DNA from: Octopus bimaculoides
Taxonomy: Eukaryota
Reading direction: 5' to 3'
Length of the DNA stretch: 47,362 nucleotides
Assembly: GCF_001194135.2 (NCBI RefSeq)
Contig: NC_068983.1
Location: forward strand, 69,212,753-69,260,114
The notes below the pieces were generated by a model. The model ran no database searches. It had not been told where the DNA came from and saw nothing but the letters and a program-made list of their open reading frames with translations. The position numbers were made by a program, and so were the translations under genes. Below are positions 11,750 through 23,239 of the stretch, piece after piece (the stretch's first letter is position 1; each line of letters opens with the position of its first letter).

Positions 11750-12570
11750 AGAAAATAAAGCCCAAAAGATTGTCTGTAGACAGCCTTGCAATGCGATAAA
11801 AGTCAGTAAGAACGTTTAATCAAATCAATAGCACAGATGAAGCGTCTAATCAACAACAATCTGTATTTTCGTGAAATAAGGGATAGCTTGAAACTTTAAA
11901 AAATTAAAGCTTTCTGCAGAATATCAACTTATATAGCGGAAATGGATCAGATGATGAACGAATTGCCCCAACCCCCCCAAAAAATCAAATAAAAAAAAAA
12001 AAAATAAAAAAATTATTTCACAATTCGCTTAAATAAGTAAAAAAAAAAAAATGTTCCTATTCTTTAAAACAATTATATTTTACCAATGAAACTGATCTGT
12101 TCTTGAAGAAATTGCTAAAGAGAATTTTTATAGCAAGAACTGAATAACTGGTTAAAGGATTAAAAAAGTCTGATTATATTACTATTATGCTGTAATGCAT
12201 CCGGTGGCTGTTTCATGAAGGCATTATTGAATAATAGAGCTCTTAATCCACTTGCAATGAAAAGATTGAATTTAAATACCCTCCCCAGTTCATTGAAATG
12301 CAAATAAAAATATCAATGAATGACTGCTGCAATATCTGAAAACTCATTTTACCAAAACTTTGTTCATGAAGTTGAAATTTATACAAAAGAAAATATTGAC
12401 TTAGACATTGATAACGTTTCATCATATTCCTTTGTTTTAGAACACCTTCATGTTAAAGTTCTTTTCTTGTCACCCAGTGTCATGCCTTTTATCCAAACAT
12501 TAAATCAAGGCGTAATTAGTAATTTTAAAGCTAATTATGTTATGCATTCATACAAAAATACTGCATGACA
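11750..12570 (+). pseudogene. Tigger/pogo transposase relic
   Basis: NETDLFLKKL...IMLC.NASG...MTAAI..F...VKVLFLSP...LNQGVISNFKANY (DDE_1-type motifs), with stops and frameshifts. Confidence 0.75.
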
Positions 12571-12989
12571 TGGCAGAAAACCAGCTTACTCTTCCAGAAA
12601 TGAAATATTCTGTGTAGTATGAAGATAACTGACACATATATTTGGATGTACCACATGAAATGCTTTGCGATGTGAATCATTTTCGAGTTATGATAATAAA
12701 TTGTAAGAAAAGTAGCTAGTGGGTAAATTTATTTTCTGTTACTCGTCTAGTTCTTGTATTCATTTGGATTTACTCTCCTACATGTGATGTATTTTGCTTC
12801 TAAGGATTGACTCTGTGCCCCTTGTTTAACACGGTGACTTTGAAGTAGTAAAGCTCATTTTTTATACGGACTAAAATTAAGATAACAATTGGGGAAAGTT
12901 TTCACAGGTACACGAAGTGGAATTTCCTTTACTAAGAGAGAGAGAGAGGGAGAGAGAGAGAGAGGGGGGAGATAGGGGGGAAGAGAGAA

Positions 12990-14190
12990 CGTTGTAATTT
13001 GTTATGTACAATAAATAGGATAACCAGACAACAGTAAAAGCAATGTAATGAACTAACAAATCTCTTTACGAACCAACATTCAATATTCTTTGTGAACTTA
13101 CCAACCCACATCTTCCGTCTTCACTCGACTCTGAACATTGAACTCACTCGTATCATTACTATTTACACTTTATTGGACCAGTCTATCTCTCGCAAGGGGG
13201 CGTCGTAATACTCATCACAACATTTCACCTTTTGAGATTTCGAATACTGTGAAAAAGTGGAATTGCTTCTATTTTTCTTTTTTTCTTTCCAGCACCTCTC
13301 CCTCTTTTTTTTTCTTTTTAGCTGTTGTACCTTAATTGTTGCCCGATTTTTAAGGTAGTATTGTTCGTAGCACACAACACTTTTTCTTTTCCTTGTACTA
13401 AGCACTCTTGTTAACATTTTAGTTCTTTTTAGTCTTTGAAAATTTGATATCTTTTTCGTTTAGGTATTACTTCTAGATATTCAGTTATTTTTCGTATTCA
13501 GAAGCTAGTTCAACGGGGTTCGATATCTCTCGGTGCTGGCACTTCAAATATATCATAGATCTCCATTGGTATTACCCTTCGTTCTTCTGTGTTTCATCTT
13601 TAACTAGCTAAGGTGTCTTTTATACTCCGAACGTTGTCCATTAATTAAATACATCATGTTACCTAATCTTTTGATTACATAAGCGTCCTCCCAACCTTCT
13701 TCACCATTTTTGTAATTTTTAAAATGAACTTTATCGCCTATTTCGAAATGTTTTGTAATATTTCTTGTATTTCCTTCAAATGTATTTTTTGTCTTTCCTT
13801 TATATGGAGTTTATCCTGGCAATAATTTATCGAAGGTTCGATTTTATTTTACGCGCGAACATTAACTCTGCTGGTGACTTTGCTGAATTAGTATTTGGAT
13901 TTGGCGTTATTCTATATACTCTCAAAAATTTCGTTAGTGTCTTGTCATTATCTAGCTCGTTCTTAGTTTTTCTTAGAGCTCTTTTGAACGTGTCAACAAA
14001 TCTTTCCCCTTGGCCATTTGACCTCGAGTGGTAGTACCTCTGGGTAAAGATGTGCTTTATGGCATGTTTTTTGCAGAAATTTCTTAATACATATCCTGTG
14101 AATTGTATTCCGTTATCTGAAACTAACGTGTCTGGAACTCGAGTAGGAATTTTATTGTTGTCTCTACTGTGGATTTATTACAAATTCCAG
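12990..14190 (-). mobile_element. Ty3/Gypsy relic: integrase C-half, PPT, 3' LTR
   Basis: VPDTLVSDNGIQFTG..FCKKHAIKHI..YHSRSNGQGERFVDTFKRAL..YRITPNP..SPAELMFARKI. PPT aaggaaaagaaaaag (13380-13394) is followed by an LTR starting TGTTGTG at 13379 and running to about 12990. Confidence 0.85.
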
Positions 14191-14379
14191 GTATCAACAC
14201 CATTACAGGTGGTTGAACCCACGTGTACAATTGGAAGAAAAAGGAAGAACACAGTGTTATTATTCAAATATCAAAAAGAAAAAAAATATTAAGTTGGAGG
14301 GTGAGGAAAGTAAAATAAATTTACTTGCTTCCCAAAGGAAAAAAAAGACAAACTAAAAGGCGAGATGTTTTAGTGAAAT

Positions 14380-14867
14380 AGTACACCCCCTCCCACGTGA
14401 CAAGTGGTGAAAGCTTGCATGTATTAATTTCGACTCTTTTGAATTATAATTGCATAGTTTCTTTCTGCTGAACTGACATCTGAATGTACAAAGATTTTAA
14501 AAGTAACCAGTAGCCATGTCTCTTGGAAATGGACAAAATTTGGCACCATGGTTTTATCAACTACCTTAAGAAAAATGGTTTAGCCCCCAACGACATTCAT
14601 ACTGACATGATTGCTACATTAGGAGATGACGTTCCAGTTTTATCAACAGTGCAAAAGTGGGCAGCATCGCGGTGATGACGATGTTATATCTACTGTTGAT
14701 GATTTTTTTGACCAACAGGATAAAAGCTTCTTCATCAATGGGACACAAGGACTGCAACACCGATGGAATAAGTGTGTGAGCCATAAAGGAGACGATGTTG
14801 AAATATGAACCTCATTTGGTCACATTCCATGTGAGAATTTTGTTCAACACTTTTGAGAGAGCACGTA
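14380..14867 (+). mobile_element. Internally deleted mariner
   Basis: N-terminal MDKIWHHGFINYL..IH.DM.ATLGDD.P..STVQKWAA joined to C-terminal DDVISTVDDFFDQQDKSFF..G.Q.L.HRWNKCV..KGD.VE. TIR-like end ...gcacg|TA. Confidence 0.75.
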
Positions 14868-14929
14868 TTCAGCATGAACTTAAGTATAGAGAATGGAGAA
14901 AGCTTAATCTGTAATGTTTGCAGTCGTGT

Positions 14930-15061
14930 ATGCTTGTCAAGAGCAGGGCTCATTAGCCACCAACGGAGCCGCAAATGGAAAATATAAGTTAGTCCTAGAG
15001 CGCACAATGTTCCTGAGGGTCGGCAATGGTCTTCCTCGGTCACGAGTGGACGGCCATCATC

Positions 15062-15063
<2 letters not shown>
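14930..15063 (+). mobile_element. RTE-type LINE 3' end
   Basis: AGLISHQRSRK* followed by a short UTR and a (CAT)n tail. Confidence 0.5.
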
Positions 15064-15097
<34 letters not shown>

Positions 15098-15100
<3 letters not shown>

Positions 15101-16103
15101 CAAATAGTAAATGAGTATATGCATATATACGTACAGGTATGTGCATACCGACATCCACCTGTATGTATAGGTGCATATCTGGGNNNNNNNNNNNNNNNNN
15201 NNNNNNNNNNNNNNNNNNNNNNNNNNNNNNNNNNNNNNNNNNNNNNNNNNNNNNNNNNNNNNNNNNNNNNNNNNNNNNNNNNNNNNNNNNNNNNNNNNNN
15301 NNNNNNNNNNNNNNNNNNNNNNNNNNNNNNNNNNNNNNNNNNNNNNNNNNNNNNNNNNNNNNNNNNNNNNNNNNNNNNNNNNNNNNNNNNNNNNNNNNNN
15401 NNNNNNNNNNNNNNNNNNNNNNNNNNNNNNNNNNNNNNNNNNNNNNNNNNNNNNNNNNNNNNNNNNNNNNNNNNNNNNNNNNNNNNNNNNNNNNNNNNNN
15501 NNNNNNNNNNNNNNGCAGGATGCATCGTTAAAACGGCTCATCCCATGGACCGCAGATTAAATTTGTATACGCAAATTAAATCTTGCCATGGAGGAATGTA
15601 ATGGCGGACAAAAAACAAAACAGGAAAACAAACAGAAAAGGCTTTACGGCCAGACGAGAAAAATTATGTGTGTATGAACGCTGTGAGGCACGAACTTGAA
15701 AGGGACGAAGGTTCGCGTGTTTGCTCGGCGATAGCCAAGGAAGAAAAGGATTATTGACCGGAAGCATGTGACCATGCCGGTGTAAGGGGAAGAGAGAGAG
15801 TGGTAACGGGAGAAACAAAGGGAGGAAGTAGAATGAATAGGTGAGCAACGAGAGGAAAGAGAGGAAGTACGAGGGGGAAAAAGAGATACGTAGTAGTAAC
15901 AGAGAAGAACGAGAGGGGTAAAGCGAGATACGTAGTAGTAAAGAGGAAGAACGATAGAGGAAAAGATAGAGATAGAGTAGCGTCGGAAGATATAAGTTTA
16001 CGAAAACTACTTACGATTGGAGACGCCGCTTTCAGTCATGTAAAAACAAATAGTAAATGAATATATGCATATATACGTACAGGTATGTGCATACCGACAT
16101 CCA
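15098..16103. mobile_element. Partial-tandem interspersed repeat (Penelope pLTR-like)
   Basis: 15098-15160 is repeated at about 16040-16103, and an identical inverted copy of 15098-15183 sits at 44943-45028. Confidence 0.5.
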
Positions 16104-16498
16104 TTTATCTATCTATCTATATATATACATACATACACACGAATTTGTAGTGTCATATACGGTCTCATAGAATCATGTAGCTAACATAGAAACTTATTCC
16201 TCTAACGGTACGGCTGGCAGACCACATAATATTCCATTAGGGAGAAAGGTAATGCTGAGTTCTATGCAGTTGAAATCTAGGAAATCCGATCGATGAGATT
16301 ATTTCATGAGGCGTATACATAAACCATCAAAAGTCAAGAGGTACGAAAAATAAATATATTTATTTAACCATGTGTCATCCTTAGGATTACGCAGCCTTCA
16401 TTATGTAATAATAATGTAATTTCATCTCATTTCATGGTCTACATATTCTGGGAGACGGTTTGAAACATATAAAAGAATTCTATAAAAAGGGGAATTTC

Positions 16499-16870
16499 AA
16501 CCATGTTTCGTGGTCTGCTACCACAACAGCTCCTTTATAGGATCCAGTTAGCTGAAGACATCATCAGGAAGAACCACGTTCGGTTTCGGCCCCTACTCCT
16601 CTACCGTTTTGACGTGGCGGGGCCACCCCCTTTCGGAGGTGTCTTCAGCTCTGGTGTTGGGTGCATGTCTTCTTTCACTGTTTGTGACTGTTCTAATTCA
16701 ACTGTGGAATGTCCCTCGCTATGGTTATTTTCCAGGAGGTTCTGGCCACACGTCTTACGGTTCATCAACCCGCGTTGTTGAATTACTTTCTTCCGACATA
16801 CCTTCCCTTGGTGGATTAGGATCCAGTTAGCTGAAGACATCATCAGGAGGAACCACGTCCGGTTTCGGCC
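16499..16870 (-). mobile_element. Partial-tandem unit (279 bp period) with hammerhead relic
   Basis: 54-bp direct repeat at 16538-16591 and 16817-16870 (2 mismatches). The minus strand reads ctgtt-gtggtAGCAGaccac-GAAAC-atg-GTT at 16499-16533. Confidence 0.45.
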
Positions 16871-17407
16871 NNNNNNNNNNNNNNNNNNNNNNNNNNNNNN
16901 NNNNNNNNNNNNNNNNNNNNNNNNNNNNNNNNNNNNNNNNNNNNNNNNNNNNNNNNNNNNNNNNNNNNNNNNNNNNNNNNNNNNNNNNNNNNNNNNNNNN
17001 NNNNNNNNNNNNNNNNNNNNNNNNNNNNNNNNNNNNNNNNNNNNNNNNNNNNNNNNNNNNNNNNNNNNNNNNNNNNNNNNNNNNNNNNNNNNNNNNNNNN
17101 NNNNNNNNNNNNNNNNNNNNNNNNNNNNNNNNNNNNNNNNNNNNNNNNNNNNNNNNNNNNNNNNNNNNNNCTGCCAAGGTCGACTTTTATCCTTTTGGGG
17201 TCGATAAAACAAGTACCAGTTGAGAAATTGCTGGTTTTATCTGGTCTGTTTTTACTTTGCTTTAAGTATATTCTGCTTGATAGCATCTGCTTCTATCCCA
17301 CAAATCTTGCACTACCCCTATTTTGTTCTTTTAGTTTGCAATGCTGCAGCAAAAAAAAAAAAAAAGAAGAAAAATGAAATTTTAGATAATAGTGGAAATG
17401 ATGTTAC

Positions 17408-17451
17408 CTTGTTAGACAGTGCCTTAAAATATGAAATTTACTCTGCATCCT
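17408..17451 (-). CDS. Candidate exon 3 (RMQSKFHILRHCLT)
   Basis: Strong acceptor tttttatttttttttatttcag-like tract, donor AAG|gtaaca, 44 bp. Only one frame is open (phase 0 to 2). Confidence 0.45.
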
Positions 17452-17799
17452 CTGAAATAAAAAAAATAAAAAAATTTGAGAAAAGCGCAAAGGTACACTA
17501 TTCTTAGAAATCTTGGACTACTAGATTCTCACTTATGTATAAATTGTTAGACATTAGTAAATATTCTTAAGCACCAAGTATTGAACCAAGTATTCTTAAA
17601 GAAGTAGCAACAGAAAGTACTCAGGATTCCTGTACTTCATATGTCTCAAATTTATTCAACTATCCACATGTCTTCTGCAAAGGACCTTGACTTATCCCAA
17701 GGAAACACGTATATCATGGGAAGTTACTTGGAGGAAAGTAAAAGAAAATAAAGAAAAACACTAAGGGTATTTTACAGTAAATAAAACGAATCAAATAAT

Positions 17800-18000
17800 A
17801 ATGGCTTCAAATTTTGGTACAGGATCAGCAATTTTTGTTAGGAGTAAACATGATTACATCGACCCCACCGTGTTCGATCCCGAAAGGATGAAAAGTAAAG
17901 TCGACCTAGGCGGAATTTGAACATAGAATGTAAAGACGGACGAAATGCCGCTAAGCAATTTCATCTGATGTCCGACCGCTTCTATTAGCTCGTTGCCTTA
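17800..18000 (-). mobile_element. SINE
   Basis: cgaaaggatgaaaagtaaagtcgacctaggcggaatttgaac core. Confidence 0.75.
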
Positions 18001-18226
18001 ATTAAATATGTAATAATTAAATATCTGTTTTGTTGAATGAATAATGATTGAATATGTAAATATCTGTACACTGAATGATTAATTAGTGGATAATGTCGGT
18101 CACTTTAATAGGTAACACTTTTTCTAGTACAGATTTATATTGTTTACAACTGGTATAGTTTGTAGGCAATGAGAAAACATGGACCTTCAAACTTCTAAAG
18201 ACAACAGAGAAAACGAAGAGACTTAC

Positions 18227-18272
18227 AGAATCTGCGTCGATAAACAAGTTCCCATCACAGCCAAAAATAATT
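18227..18272 (-). CDS. Candidate exon 2 (IIFGCDGNLFIDADS)
   Basis: Consensus donor TCT|gtaagt, acceptor atgattcag (modest), 46 bp, phase 2 to 0. Confidence 0.45.
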
Positions 18273-18299
18273 CTGAATCATTTAAGTCCTATCGTGCAT

Positions 18300-18496
18300 A
18301 TTCTTTTATTCTTTTATTTGTTTCAATCATTTGACTGCAGCCATGCTGGAGCATCGCCTTTTTAGTCGAACAAGTCGACCCCAGGACTTATTCTTGGTAG
18401 GCTTAGTATTTATTCTATCGGTTTTTTTGCCGAACCGCTAAGTTACGGGAACGTAAACACACCAACATCGATTGTCAAGTGATGATGGGGGACAAA

Positions 18497-18500
<4 letters not shown>
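18300..18500 (-). mobile_element. SINE 3' half ending in (CA)n
   Basis: ttgactgcagccatgctggagcatcgcc...ccgctaagttacggg...gggggacaaac, a recurrent SINE body. Confidence 0.75.
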
Positions 18501-18581
<81 letters not shown>

Positions 18582-18582
18582 G

Positions 18583-18736
18583 ACGGGCTTCTTTCAGTTT
18601 CCGTCTACCAAATCCACTCACAAGGCTTTGGTAGGCCCGAGGCTATATAGTAGAAGACACTTGCCCAAGGTGCCACGCAGTGGGATTGTACCCAGAACAA
18701 TGTGGTTGGTAAGCAAGCTACTTACCACACAGCCAC
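18583..18736 (-). mobile_element. tRNA-derived SINE
   Basis: Reverse complement of the 40801-40956 family. Confidence 0.85.
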
Positions 18737-18999
18737 ATTGTTTTGTATACTAATAGATAAATTTGTCTATGGTTATGCCAAATAAATAGTTTCAAAACAT
18801 CACCATTTCATGATATGAATCTAATCGCATCCGTGACCCCGGTAGGTTTTATGACAACGTCTACACCCCACTTAATCAGGAACAGCTAGCATTTCAATTG
18901 ATGGTTCTTACTATTTCAGAGGATCTATCCTGGTGAAAGCACATCTTTAACATAGTCGGGTACCGTCCCAACGATAGGCTCTTTTCTTCAGGGACAGAA

Positions 19000-19380
19000 G
19001 ATACAAAAGACCGCAATAATTATTGATGCTCTATAAAGAGTCATCCGACTCATTGACATAATGTTAAAGACAAATTCAAGTCTCTCGCTCATATCTTTCT
19101 CATATCTTTTCTTTTTTATTAAGAGAGCTGATGCCATCTCAACCCAGACTCCTCCGACCTCCTCGTCTCTCCTCCCGCTATCGTTATTGTGTGCAGCTTC
19201 CATCGGTGCCTCGCTAATCAATATATCCTGTCCTTCCTTACCAGAATGTCGACCCTATGGTATTCCCTCCCTTCTTGTACCTTTCCTACAAGCGTTGAGA
19301 TACAAAGATTCAAGAGAAAAATAAAAAAAATTAATGGCATTAACCTCATTGATCCAAGAGGACCTGCAAAAGCTATTGGC
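19000..19380 (+). mobile_element. CR1/L2-type LINE 3' end relic
   Basis: SFLTRMSTLWYSLP...FKRKI matches the CR1-type C-terminal motif FF..RV..WNSLP..FK.KL. Confidence 0.55.
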
Positions 19381-19719
19381 AAGTAAAAAATGTATATGAA
19401 GTCACCTAGTTCGATATCTTGAAACAACGTACCTGGGAAGTTCGGCATTTTCGAACGCTATATGCAACTATGTGCAATGCATTAAAAATGTTAGTTTATA
19501 GCAATATCGAGATTTTATGGTATCTTATAGACATTGACATAATTTCAAAACATGGTGCAGACTATAGTTTATGCCAATCTTTACAACATATATTATGCAA
19601 CAAACATCTCCCGTCATCTTCTAAATATAATATGTTGCAGAAAGCAGCGAATCAACATCATTCTGCATCTCGAGACAACTAGTTAATAAAAAGAAAATCT
19701 TAAGAACAGCATTTATATA

Positions 19720-20442
19720 CAGGGTCCGCCATAAGTAACTATATATTTCTTTTGCATGTAACTTTGTTGATACTTATTCAATTTTTCTATTTCATATGTC
19801 ATTTGAAAGCTGAAATCTTATATTTTTATTTCTTTTTTCTTCCCTTATTTCAGATATACTGTTATATCGATTATGTCCACTCGATTAACAAAAGAGCAAA
19901 AGATTGCAGTTTTGAAATGGCTATGCTACAGAAGCTGCTTTTGCCGTTATTACAACAGCAGGATGGAGCAGAGGGTCTGTACTTTCAGCAGGACAGGGCA
20001 CCAGTCCATTATGCTATGCTTGTGCGAGACTGGCTGGACGCCAACCTGCTCTGTCGATGGATTGGCAGGCGAGGACCGCTTGAGTGGCCGTCTCGTTCGC
20101 CGGATTTGACTCCACCCGACTTTTACCTGTGGGGCGCTCTCAAAGAGAAAGTCTACTCAACAAAGCCCCGCAACATTGTTGAACTTAAGGAACAAATTCG
20201 AGCTGCCATTGCTCAATTGTCGTTGGAGCTATGCGCCAAAGTATTCCGCTCAGTCCCTGAAAGATTAGCAAAGTGCATTGAGCTCCACGGAGAGCACACA
20301 GAGCTTTAATAAACATCACGTTTTATGTTGCAACAAACTTTAGTGTACCCTGTGTTACTTTCTGTATTGTAGTAGCTTATTTCTTCTATGTTACATTTAT
20401 CATGTTGAAATAAAAATATATACTTACTTTTGGCGGACCCTG
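19720..20442 (+). mobile_element. Internally deleted DD41D (rosa-type) Tc1/mariner element, 723 bp
   Basis: TIR cagggtccgcca(t/a)aagtaa(c/g)tatatattt with 2 mismatches and TA TSDs. N-terminal MSTRLTKEQKIAVLKW and C-terminal FQQD..H...VRDWL..RWIGRRG..WPSRSPDLTPPDFYLWG, with 41 residues between the 2nd and 3rd catalytic Asp. Confidence 0.92.
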
Positions 20443-20639
20443 TATATATATCTTAGGATACTTTCTGTATTATAAACTCGTAACTTTAATTTTCTACTAT
20501 TCTTAGGTCTATTCACAGTCACATACAATTGATCGTGGCAAACATAATCCTACTGTATTAAATGACTAGTCTTGAGAATTTTTAAAAGTCAAAACAAATT
20601 AGGGGGATAATGGGAAACTCTTCATTTTCAAAATAAAGC

Positions 20640-21430
20640 TTATTGTTTTTATCGCTTGAGTCTAAATCTACTCTTGGGTTTTACAATATTTCCTTTTCTG
20701 CTGTTAGCGATAATATCTGTAGTAATACAGTGGACTTCTAAAGATTTGATGATAAGTCTAATGCCACTTTGTAGTTTTTTTAATGGGTTTGAGGTTATGC
20801 AAGAGTATTATAATTAAGCTAACTTTTTGCTTTAGTTTGTAAGAAAGTAATCCCTAAGGAGTAAAACATTTCTCTATGATAATTTACTGCTTTCCTATTA
20901 TCCCCAGTTGCGATGGTGTCTATGATTTCACCTAGCATGAGATTCAGAATCGTTATTTAGACGCATTGCATATTTGTTTTTGGAACAGTCCTACCATCGT
21001 TTAGCAATTCAGCAGCAAAGCTGATTAGTGTATGGAACAGCACATTCTTGTCATATTTGTTAAAATATCTTCTAAGTGTATTGTACAGATATATTTTCCT
21101 TAACCTTAAGGATTACCAAAGGAAGTAGTGCCTATATTATACATCATCGTCATCTAATTTTGAAATAACACTGTCAAATGCACCATGTTGCATCTCCTTC
21201 CAACTCTGTTTTTTTAACATCAAAATCAGTAACAATCTCCTCATGAATGTCCTTGATGTTATTAAAACTAGCGAATATGCAGTTATTTCTAAATTGTAGT
21301 TGCGTAGACAGGATGATGAACATTTGCGGATATTATGCAGTGAACTTTTGAAGACTTTATTTCTTCTGCCCTCTGCTACGAAACCCCGATTAGAGTGTTG
21401 TCGATCTTTCAGTATTAGCGAAAGATCACT
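20640..21430 (-). mobile_element. Degenerate R2/R4-superfamily LINE RT relic
   Basis: Q...RGF.AEGRR...L.NI...GAFDSV-like motifs. Many stops. Confidence 0.45.
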
Positions 21431-21569
21431 CGGTCTATTTAGGGTACAAGAAAATAGGAAATAATTCTCCCAATTGGGGACCCAGTTTGACGTCTACTTC
21501 TGATATGCATTGCAGCCGTTCCCGTCATTATTTTGCAAATTTCTGCTTTTAGCTTCTGATTTGTAAGAT

Positions 21570-21900
21570 CTTGAGCCCATGTTACAGCTCCGGTATCACA
21601 GGCATATGGTTCGAATATCCGAAGAAAGAATCGCAGGGTAGGTTTTTACAGGTAAAGCAGTCTGATAGGAGACCTAAAGAGAGACTATGAACAAGATGGT
21701 TGGATAAGATCCTTAGCCTAAAGCGAGACTACGAACAAGATGGTTGGATAAGATCTGTAGCCTCGCTTGATCGCGCTTAGGCATCCAACCGAATCATTTA
21801 CTGATGGTTGCTTCTGGTAGGATTCACTGGAATGCGCATCTGAAGATTCTGTTCCCTCGTTCCTAATTGGAATAAGTGAGCGATGAAGATGGATGGATAA
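21570..21900 (+). mobile_element. RTE-X-like LINE 3' end with internal 31-bp duplication
   Basis: EPMLQ..HRHMVRISEERIA..RP..R..TRWLDKI. gagacta(t/c)gaacaagatggttggataagatc occurs twice. Confidence 0.55.
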
Positions 21901-22532
21901 TAATTGGAAGTAAAACTTTAATTTCTGTAGATGTGTAACACATTCTAGAGTTCAACTTATCTTACCTATGTTTTCCTTGTTTCCATGTTCTATTTTCAAT
22001 TATATAGATGCCAGAAATTTCAGAGAAAGATACCGTTTTGTAGATCCATCAGTTTCAGAAACATACATTGAGGCGAATGTTTCTGTTTTGGATATTTTGA
22101 AATACCTGTCTAACATCTTGAAAATACACTATAAATGTTTAATCAGCTGTAAATGTTCAAGATGAAAGATGGATCACAGCATGCTATATAACATGCATTT
22201 TACATTCTAGCAACCCGTTATTGTTTCTGGAGAAATAACTAATCAACCATGTAAATACGGCAAAATTTCATAAACAAAAAAATTGCGTTGTTGCATTTGC
22301 TTCAGCACATGGTCATATCGTTTATATATATATTCGGAGATATATTCACAGAATTTATGGAAGAGTGAATTTAAGTATTAATGCTACAATTGAACTTGTA
22401 TGTGAAGTACTTGATGTATGGTACATTTCGATTGTGAACATAATTACAAACTTGAAATACTTGGTCATGGCGCCTTTAGTGAGTGTAACCCTCGACACTA
22501 GCCGTTGTGTTATCTCTGAAATCCGTAGTAAC

Positions 22533-22655
22533 CCTTTAGAGTAATTATTATTCTCCACGCAGGTAGTATTGAGATTTGCATCACCATAGAATCCATGAAT
22601 CTGATAGTTTTTACAGAGTAGTAGTGGATAAACTCTGGCACTGGGTTTGGAAGCT
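22533..22655 (-). CDS. Candidate exon 1 (ASKPSARVYPLLLCKNYQIHGFYGDANLNTTCVENNNYSK(G))
   Basis: Acceptor ttattactttatgtgtgtag, donor AAGG|gttact, 123 bp, phase 2 to 2. A second frame is also open. Confidence 0.35.
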
Positions 22656-23239
22656 CTACACACATAAAGTAATAAATTATAGTGAGATCAGTACTTGTTT
22701 TGAAATTTAATGGAATAACACAATGCTTGGACAGTTCCAAAAGCAGGAACTTGTAACTATGTCGTCAGATAATTTAAGTTTGAGTACTCGAGCTATCAAA
22801 TTAAGACGACTATTTATTTATTTATTATTTTTTTTTTTTGATGATGACGATGAATTGAAAGTAACTGTAATAAAAATATTAAGCTTCTTTATAGGGACAC
22901 TGTTGTCATCGCAGTAACGCTCTTTCATGTTGTTAAATGACCCCTGAAAGGATGATATCGATATCACCAAGCACCCAACCTGTACTTCTTTATTAGTAGC
23001 AGTTGCAAAGTGATCAAGAAGTTTTAGTATCTCAATCACGCCTGATGACATATGACATAGATTCTTCCTGTACATGGCCGTCCACTATTCACTGCGGAAA
23101 TAATTTGTAGCCATAGGTTAGGTTAAATTCGTTTTTTTTTAGTGTAGTTTGCAATATTGTGTTGCAGTGTTCTTTCAGCAAGTGGCAAATAAAGCTGCCG
23201 ACTTAGTTTATCATACGGATAAAATAAGTATGTCATTGG

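Noticed and set aside
17335-17492. Plus-strand exon candidate (VCNAAAKKKKKKKNEILDNSG...SAK)
   Set aside because: It depends on a poly-A run and no phase-compatible next exon was found. It overlaps the preferred minus exon and is not fully excluded.
22008-22148. Exon candidates on both strands (ARNFRERYRFVDPS... on plus; CIFKMLDRYFKISK... on minus)
   Set aside because: Several mutually exclusive readings with similar splice quality; none can be supported over the others.
22533-22655. Alternative frame KTIRFMDS...LKGYY resembling Polinton pPolB
   Set aside because: Only two short motifs, with no flanking polymerase sequence.
22818-23102. Minus ORF MYRKNLCHMSSGVIEILKLL... behind a good acceptor
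   Set aside because: In-frame stops follow the acceptor, its phase is incompatible with the chain, and no family was recognised.
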